DNA from: Desulfobacterales bacterium
Lineage (GTDB): Bacteria; Desulfobacterota; Desulfobacteria; Desulfobacterales; SpSt-501
Assembly: GCA_030834695.1 (NCBI GenBank)
Contig: JAUQXK010000013.1
Coordinates: 25,980-89,979 of the forward strand
Length of the DNA stretch: 64,000 nucleotides
Direction of reading: 5' to 3'
Shown here: positions 58,392-64,000 of the stretch, piece by piece
Layout of the letters: every line of letters starts with the position of its first letter
How positions within the stretch are numbered: position 1 is the first letter of the stretch
The notes under the pieces: model-generated
Database searches by the model: none
Seen by the model: the letters and a program-made list of their open reading frames with translations, nothing else
What the model was told of the DNA's origin: nothing
Made by a program: the position numbers and the translations under genes

Positions 58392-59258
58392 ATGACGATC
58401 TCGGCTTTGGACCCTCTCGAATATTCTTTGCCGGCGAGCTTCAGCGACCGCGTGCTCGAGACGGCCATCAGCGCCGCCCGCCGTGCCGGTGCCATCCAGA
58501 TGCATCATTTCCGCAACGACAAGGTGGGCTGCCGCCGGCTGTTGCACGACGTGAAGCTCGAAACCGACCGAAAGTGCGAGAAGGTGATCATGGCCGCCAT
58601 CCGCGAACAATTTCCGGAGCATGCCATCCTGAGCGAGGAAAGCGGCGCGCTCGCGGGGACGGGAGGCTACACCTGGGTCATCGACCCCCTGGACGGAACG
58701 GTGAATTTCTGGCACGGGCTGCCATTTTTCTGCGTCTCCATCGCCTGCTACGCCAACGCCGGCCAGCCGGCCGTTGAGGAGGGCTTCCCCGCAGGGCCGC
58801 TGAGCATACCGGTTGCCGGAGTGGTTCTTCTGCCGTTCAGTCAGGAGCTCTTCGCAGGGGTTCCGGGCCGGGGGGCCTTCCTGAACGGCCGGCCGATAAG
58901 CGCCGGCCGCGCCGGGCACCTCGCCGATGCGGTCGTAACCGTCAGCTTCGGCAAGACGCCGGAGACCATGCGGTGCATGACCCGCCGGCTCGACGCCCTG
59001 CTGCCGCAGGTGCGCAAGGCGCGCTGCCTGGGAGCGGCGGCGGCCGAGCTGGCCTATGTGGCGGCCGGTATTCTGGGTGGACTGGTGTATGACGGCATCA
59101 AGCTTTGGGATTTCGCCGCCGGCAAGATTATCCTGGAAGCGGCCGGCGGGTTCCTGGAGGCCACGGAGACTGATCCGGATCAGTGGCGGGTGATCGCCGG
59201 TGCAGCGGGACTGCGCGATGCTCTTATAAAGAGTCTCAAAATGGAATCGAATGGATAA
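58392..59258 (+). CDS. Inositol monophosphatase-family phosphatase
   Basis: ETD, LSEE, WVIDPLDGTVNF.HG.PFFCVSIA, ELAYVAAG, WDFAAG..ILEAAGG; AAGGAGG RBS just after the phnM stop. Confidence 0.9.
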   Translation: MTISALDPLEYSLPASFSDRVLETAISAARRAGAIQMHHFRNDKVGCRRLLHDVKLETDRKCEKVIMAAIREQFPEHAILSEESGALAGTGGYTWVIDPLDGTVNFWHGLPFFCVSIACYANAGQPAVEEGFPAGPLSIPVAGVVLLPFSQELFAGVPGRGAFLNGRPISAGRAGHLADAVVTVSFGKTPETMRCMTRRLDALLPQVRKARCLGAAAAELAYVAAGILGGLVYDGIKLWDFAAGKIILEAAGGFLEATETDPDQWRVIAGAAGLRDALIKSLKMESNG

Positions 59259-59262
59259 CGGC

Positions 59263-59336
59263 AAATCCCTCCCGACCTCCCTTTATCAAAGGGAGGCATC
59301 TCCCCTCTTTGGAAAAGAGGGGCCGGGGGAGATTTT
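59263..59336. repeat. Double-hairpin repeat between convergent genes (possible bidirectional terminator)
   Basis: AAATCCCTCCC-CCTCCCTTT/AAAGGGAGG-CCCCTCTTT/AAAGAGGGG-GGGGGAGATTTT; half-copy at 32049-32078. Confidence 0.65.
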
Positions 59337-59367
59337 CAACGATAGAGACAGACAATTATGAGACCAT

Positions 59368-59865
59368 TTATATCTCTGAATCGGATGCGGGCAAGGGCCC
59401 CGGAGGCTGGAGGTCTTTCTGAAAGCGTAAGCCGGTCGCTTGATAGCCCTCGCGCCGGTAGAAGCGGTGGGCGATGGTCCGATGGGTGCTGCTGTTGACG
59501 ATGCAGATGGCGGCCCCGCCTGCTCGCAGCCAGGCCTCCGCATGCGCCAGAAGGTGCGCGCCGATGCCCCGGCCGCGATGGTCCGATGCGACGCTGAGAG
59601 CGATCACGCGGCCGCAGCGGCCGTTCATTTCGAGATAATAGCCGATAAACGCTCCGACGACGCCGACCACCTGTTCTTTGCTCAGCGCCACTGCCACCTG
59701 ATAATCGATCCTTGGAAGGATCAAGCTGAGGCGGGCCTCCATCTCATTTTCGGTAGTGGGGTATCCCAGGGCGATCATCAGTTCGGCCAGCGGACCGGCG
59801 TCCAAGATTTCGGCCCTGCGGATGGAGATGACGGGGGAGGCACCGGCAGCGGCTTCTGCTCGCAT
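59368..59865 (-). CDS. GNAT N-acetyltransferase (PhnO-like)
   Basis: ALGYP, LSV..DHRGRGIG..LL..AE, AHRFY.REGY; directly downstream of phnE. Confidence 0.8.
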   Translation of the reverse strand: MRAEAAAGASPVISIRRAEILDAGPLAELMIALGYPTTENEMEARLSLILPRIDYQVAVALSKEQVVGVVGAFIGYYLEMNGRCGRVIALSVASDHRGRGIGAHLLAHAEAWLRAGGAAICIVNSSTHRTIAHRFYRREGYQATGLRFQKDLQPPGPLPASDSEI

Positions 59866-59887
59866 GGATCGCTGAGACTTCAAGGCG

Positions 59888-60685
59888 TCAAATATACCGT
59901 TTGCGGATGAAAGCCGATCCCAGGTCCAGCAGGCTGACCACCACCACGAGAATCAACAACATGGCCGCGGTCGCCGCGTAGTTGAAGCTGCGGATGGCAT
60001 CCCACAGGAGCATGCCGATCCCGCCGGCACCGACCATGCCCACGACGCTTGCCGAGCGGACGTTCGATTCGAAGCGGTAGAGGGAGTAGGAAATCCAGAG
60101 CGGCACCACCTGGGGGATGATGCCGTAGGCGATCTCCTGCAGCTTGTTGGCGCCGGTGGCGCGAATGCCCTCCACGGGCTGGGGATCGATGGCCTCCACC
60201 GCCTCGGAGAAGAGCTTGGCGAGGGTGCCGAGCGTGTGCATGAAGAGCGCCAGCACGCCGGCGAACGGCCCGAGCCCGACCGCGCTGATGAAAAGCATGG
60301 CGAAGATCATTTCGTTGATGGAGCGGCAGGCATCCATGACGCGCCGCACCGGCTGGTAGATCCAGGGCCGGGCCACATTGCTGGAGGAAAGCAATCCAAA
60401 GGGCACGGCGCCGACGATCGCCAGCAGCGTGCCCCAGATGGCGATTTGAATGGTGACGGCGGTTTGGTGCAGATAGGCGCGCCAGTCGCTGAAATCGGGC
60501 GTGAGGAAACCGGCCAGGTAGGCGGCCATGTTGCCGCGGTAAGTGATCAAGTCCAGCGGCCGCATCTCGGACCCATGCCAGGCCCACGTCAGCACGGCGC
60601 CGAAGGCCAGGCCGGCCAGCAGCCGGAGCAGCTTGCGGCGCAAAGGGGTTTCGGGGATCACAAGGATCTGAGATGCAGCGGTCAT
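59888..60685 (-). CDS. phnE: Phosphonate ABC permease
   Basis: [57 protein letters not shown]. Confidence 0.95.
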   Translation of the reverse strand: MTAASQILVIPETPLRRKLLRLLAGLAFGAVLTWAWHGSEMRPLDLITYRGNMAAYLAGFLTPDFSDWRAYLHQTAVTIQIAIWGTLLAIVGAVPFGLLSSSNVARPWIYQPVRRVMDACRSINEMIFAMLFISAVGLGPFAGVLALFMHTLGTLAKLFSEAVEAIDPQPVEGIRATGANKLQEIAYGIIPQVVPLWISYSLYRFESNVRSASVVGMVGAGGIGMLLWDAIRSFNYAATAAMLLILVVVVSLLDLGSAFIRKRYI

Positions 60686-60757
60686 ATCGGATTCACCGGT
60701 TGGGGGGGATTCAGCGGGAGAGCATCTATGCAATCGCTCTCCCGCTGCATGGCCGGG

Positions 60758-61768
60758 TTAATTGTATTGGTTGATCAGCTTAGTGTAGGACTGGATATCA
60801 GCAAGCTTCTTTTCGATGTCCGCCAGCTTCTGTGCTTTTTCGGCGGCAGCCAGGGAATCGTTGCTTTGGATCTTCATCTTCTCCTTGGCCATGTCGATCT
60901 CCATGATCGGCAGCAGCTGGTGGTTGGAGGAGTCCTGGAAGGGCGCCCAGCCGGAGCTCATGCCCTTCAACACGGCCAGCTCCTGCTCCTTGTTCACGCC
61001 GATCCGGCCGTAGGCCAGGAAGAAGCCCTTGATTCGGCTCTTCCACTCCTTGGGCAGGTCCTTGCGCCAGACGATCGGGTCGCTCGGGATCAGGGGGCTC
61101 TTCCAGATGGCGCGGACGTTTTTGATCTGATCGGGGTGGACCTGGGAAAACTTGTCCCAGTTCTCGGTGTTGTTGGTGGCGAAGTCCACCTGTTTGTTGG
61201 CCACGGCCATCAGGTTGGCTTCGTGGTTGGCGTTGCGCACGAGCTTGAAATGCTTGGTCGGATCGATGCCGCGCTGGCCCCAGATGTAGTAAGTCGGGAT
61301 GAGGTAGCCCGAGGTGCTGTTGGGGTCGCCGTTGCCGAAGGTGAGGCTCTTTCCGTCGCGGATGATCTCGTCGATGTTCTGGTAGGGGCTGTCTTTATGG
61401 ACGACGACGAGCGACCAGTAGCCGGGGTTGCCGTTCACGTCCACGGTCTGCACGAAGACCTCGCCGCTGGCGCGGTTGACGGCCTCGATGGCGGACTTGT
61501 TGCCGAACCAGGCGATCTGGACCTTGTTGAAGCGCATGGCCTCGATCACGCCGGCGTAGTCCGGCGCGATGAAGAGCTTCACCGGAATGCCCAGGGCCTT
61601 CTCCATGTCGGCCCGGAACGGCTCGAAGCCCTTCATGGCCGCGGCGCTGGACTCGGTCGGGATCACGCCGATCGTGATTTCCTTGAGGTCTTCGGCTGCT
61701 GATACAACCGCAGCTGAAAGAAGGATCAGGGTGATCAGGCCAACTGCAATGCGACATACTTTGTTCAT
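60758..61768 (-). CDS. phnD: Phosphonate ABC substrate-binding protein
   Basis: IPTES, APDYAGVIEAMRFNKV.IAWFGNKSA, GYWS, GDPNSTSGYL.P, HEAN, IWKSPLIPSDP. Confidence 0.95.
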   Translation of the reverse strand: MNKVCRIAVGLITLILLSAAVVSAAEDLKEITIGVIPTESSAAAMKGFEPFRADMEKALGIPVKLFIAPDYAGVIEAMRFNKVQIAWFGNKSAIEAVNRASGEVFVQTVDVNGNPGYWSLVVVHKDSPYQNIDEIIRDGKSLTFGNGDPNSTSGYLIPTYYIWGQRGIDPTKHFKLVRNANHEANLMAVANKQVDFATNNTENWDKFSQVHPDQIKNVRAIWKSPLIPSDPIVWRKDLPKEWKSRIKGFFLAYGRIGVNKEQELAVLKGMSSGWAPFQDSSNHQLLPIMEIDMAKEKMKIQSNDSLAAAEKAQKLADIEKKLADIQSYTKLINQYN

Positions 61769-61878
61769 CTGCTTTCTCCTTTTCAATTTGGTTGATGATT
61801 ATTTTTCCAGGCGCTATCCCATCAATCAGCGCGCAAATACTTCCAAGACAGTTGTTCCGGCTCACCTTTCGCTTTTTT

Positions 61879-61930
61879 TGTGGGGGCGGCTTTCCAGCCG
61901 CGATGATCGAGGCTGAAAGCCTCTCCCGCA
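61879..61930. repeat. REP-like element, copy 2
   Basis: TGTGGGGGCGGCTTTCCAGCCGCGATGATCGAGGCTGAAAGCCTCTCCCGCA. Confidence 0.8.
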
Positions 61931-61973
61931 TTTCGATATCGAGAGCATGGCACCGCGCGCTATAGGCTGCCGC

Positions 61974-62828
61974 TCATGATCCCGCCGCCAGGGCGGGGAC
62001 GGCCGGGCACACGCCGAGGTTCAACGGGGTGGTGCCGTCGAGGTCGAATTCGGTCGACTTCAAACCATAGATGTTGCGCAGCGCGGTGGGCGTGAGCTCC
62101 GCGCTGGGGCCGTCATACACCACCCGGCCCTCCTTCATTGCGATGGAACGCGGGCAGTACTGGAAGGCGAACTGGACTTGATGCAGGCTGACGAGGACGG
62201 TGACGCCGTCGTGCTGGTTCAGGGCCGTCAGGCATTCCATCACGCAGCGGGCGGACTCGGGGTCCAGGGACGCGATGGGCTCATCGGCCAGGATGATGCG
62301 GGCGCGCTGCTCCATGGCCCGTGCGATGGCCGCGCGCTGCTGCTGGCCGCCCGACAGCGTGCTGGCCCGCTGGGCGGCGTATTCGGCCAGCCCTACGCGG
62401 TAAAGCGCCTGCATGGCGCGCTGTTTCTCCTCGCGGCTGAAACAGCCGAGCAGGCTGCGCCACGTGCCGACCCGGGCCAGCATGCCGGCCATCACGTTGG
62501 TCAGCAGCGGCAGGCGACCCACGAGATTGAACTGTTGGAAGATAAAGCCGACCTCGGAGCGGATCTGCCGGATGTCGGGGCTGACGGCGCCGTTTTTCTG
62601 GACCTCGCGGCCGAAGATGCGGATGACTCCGGAGCCCCGGTCGCCCGCGACCAGCCCGGCCAGATGGCGGAGCAGGGTCGATTTGCCCGACCCGGACGGA
62701 CCAATGAGGGCGACCATCTCGCCCGGTGCTACGTGAAGGCCGACTCGGCGCAGGGCCTTGCGCTTGCCGAAGGTTTTGTTGAGGGTTTCGATCTCGATGG
62801 CGTTTCGTTCAGTAGAGTGGTCGGGCAT
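61974..62828 (-). CDS. phnC: Phosphonate ABC ATP-binding protein
   Basis: [54 protein letters not shown]. Confidence 0.95.
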   Translation of the reverse strand: MPDHSTERNAIEIETLNKTFGKRKALRRVGLHVAPGEMVALIGPSGSGKSTLLRHLAGLVAGDRGSGVIRIFGREVQKNGAVSPDIRQIRSEVGFIFQQFNLVGRLPLLTNVMAGMLARVGTWRSLLGCFSREEKQRAMQALYRVGLAEYAAQRASTLSGGQQQRAAIARAMEQRARIILADEPIASLDPESARCVMECLTALNQHDGVTVLVSLHQVQFAFQYCPRSIAMKEGRVVYDGPSAELTPTALRNIYGLKSTEFDLDGTTPLNLGVCPAVPALAAGS

Positions 62829-63040
62829 GGAGCGCTCCTGGTGTCTCTGAGAGTTTCAATGAGTGACGCCGGGAATGGTAAGCGCCCTGTATGAGCGGTC
62901 GATTAAGGTTCCGTGTGTTTTCTGTGTTCCGGTGAAGAATCGAAGAGGCCTTCCCTGTCTATGCTTGCGGCTCCCAGTCGCAGGGGGTATAGAATGTTCG
63001 GCCGCATCTGCCGGCCGATTCTGCATATAGGAGTTTGCCG

Positions 63041-64000
63041 TTGAGGATCATCTTCTTTGCAGGGAAAGGAGGGGTCGGAAAGACGTCGGTGGCGGCAGCA
63101 ACCGGCGTGCGCTCGGCGGAAATGGGCCAACGGACCCTCGTCATGTCGCTGGACGTGGCACACAGCCTGGCGGACGTCTTCGACCTGAACCAGGAGCTGC
63201 TCGACCGACACCAGGGCCGCCCTTTCAAAATCACCGACAACCTCTATATTCAGGAGATGGACATCCAGGAGGAGATCGGCCGGAATTGGCGCCGGATCCA
63301 CGGCTATCTTTCCGGGTTGCTGAACACCTCCGGCCTGGACGAGGTGCTGGCGGAGGAGCTCGCCATCCTGCCGGGAATGGAGGAAATAAGCCTCCTGCTT
63401 TACATCAATCAGTATGTGCGTCAGCGCCGCTTCGACGTCATCCTCCTCGACTGCGCGCCCACGGGCGAATCGCTGCGCTTCATCAGCATTCCCACCACGT
63501 TGGAGTGGTACATGAAGAAAGTCTTCAAGATGGAGCGCACGCTGGTGAAAGTGGCCCGGCCCCTGGCCAAGCGGCTCTACGACGTGCCGCTGCCCGACGA
63601 TGGATATTTCCAGGCGATCGAGGACCTGTGCGACCGCCTCAAGGGGGTCGATCAAGTGCTGTGCGATCCGACCGTCACGACAGTGCGCCTGGTCGCCAAT
63701 CCCGAGAAAGTCGTGCTCAAGGAAACCCAGCGCGCCTTTATGTACTTCTGCCTTTACAAGATGTGCATCGATGCCGTGATCATGAACCGCGTCCTGCCCG
63801 ACCAGGTACGGGATGTCTATTTCACAGACTGGCGCAAGGGCCAGAAATACAACCTCCGCAAGGCCGAGGAGTATTTTCATCCCGTGCCGATTCTGCCGGT
63901 GGATCTTTTCGGCGCGGAAATCGTCGGTTATGACAGCCTCAAGGCTCTGTCCGAGCGCATATACGGCGCGACCGACCCCCTGGAACGCTTCGTCGCGGAG
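63041..64000 (+). CDS. ArsA/GET3 (TRC40)-family ATPase (3' end runs off the window)
   Basis: Manual translation from the TTG at 63041 (AGGAG RBS): MRIIFFAGKGGVGKTSVAAATG...SLDVAHSLAD...LPGMEE...DCAPTGESLR...VANPE...IMNRVLP. Confidence 0.88.
   Translation, partial: MRIIFFAGKGGVGKTSVAAATGVRSAEMGQRTLVMSLDVAHSLADVFDLNQELLDRHQGRPFKITDNLYIQEMDIQEEIGRNWRRIHGYLSGLLNTSGLDEVLAEELAILPGMEEISLLLYINQYVRQRRFDVILLDCAPTGESLRFISIPTTLEWYMKKVFKMERTLVKVARPLAKRLYDVPLPDDGYFQAIEDLCDRLKGVDQVLCDPTVTTVRLVANPEKVVLKETQRAFMYFCLYKMCIDAVIMNRVLPDQVRDVYFTDWRKGQKYNLRKAEEYFHPVPILPVDLFGAEIVGYDSLKALSERIYGATDPLERFVAE

Noticed and set aside
50927-64000. arsC and arsA flanking the phn locus as an arsenic island or C-As lyase
   Set aside because: The ArsA looks like a single-domain GET3-like type, there is no arsR/B/D, and the Phn proteins carry canonical phosphonate motifs; there is no sequence support for arsonate chemistry

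Overview
GC-rich bacterial chromosomal window. Gene style, the small hypothetical genes, a RACo/ASKHA gene and the palindromic repeat families suggest a Desulfobacterota-like anaerobe (inference only). Main blocks: (1) 2.0-25.3 kb, a co-directional hexuronate/pectin-product catabolic island: kdgK, eda, three complete TRAP transporters, a URO-D/MtaA-like protein plus SDR, IclR regulator, kduI/kduD, KdgF-like cupin, and uxaE, LarA-family epimerase, uxaC, 2-hydroxyacid dehydrogenase, gluconokinase and mannonate oxidoreductase, with no uxuA/uxaA/uxaB visible. (2) 25.4-38.6 kb, a mixed region: AAA ATPase, cold-shock protein, small hypotheticals, a Cys-rich ORF, parE/parC, DEAD-box helicase and RACo. 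(3) 38.7-50.4 kb: phoU, BMP-type nucleoside ABC transporter, adenine deaminase, Nudix hydrolase, secreted M14 carboxypeptidase with a GGGGCFI tail, and PIN-PhoH. (4) 50.9-62.8 kb, a non-canonical C-P lyase locus: arsC, hexapeptide transferase, phnGHIJKLM and an inositol-monophosphatase-family gene, convergent with phnCDE-GNAT; no phnF/N/P. A partial ArsA/GET3 ATPase ends the window. Non-coding signals read from the sequence include an 11-bp-periodic Pho-box-like motif upstream of phoU, phoH, arsC-phn and phnC; terminator-containing leaders on the csp and DEAD-box genes; an IclR-like operator; an eda relic; and about 12 REP/MITE-like palindromes. No rRNA, tRNA, CRISPR array or transposase was recognised. 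All family assignments are by motif recognition, not database search.
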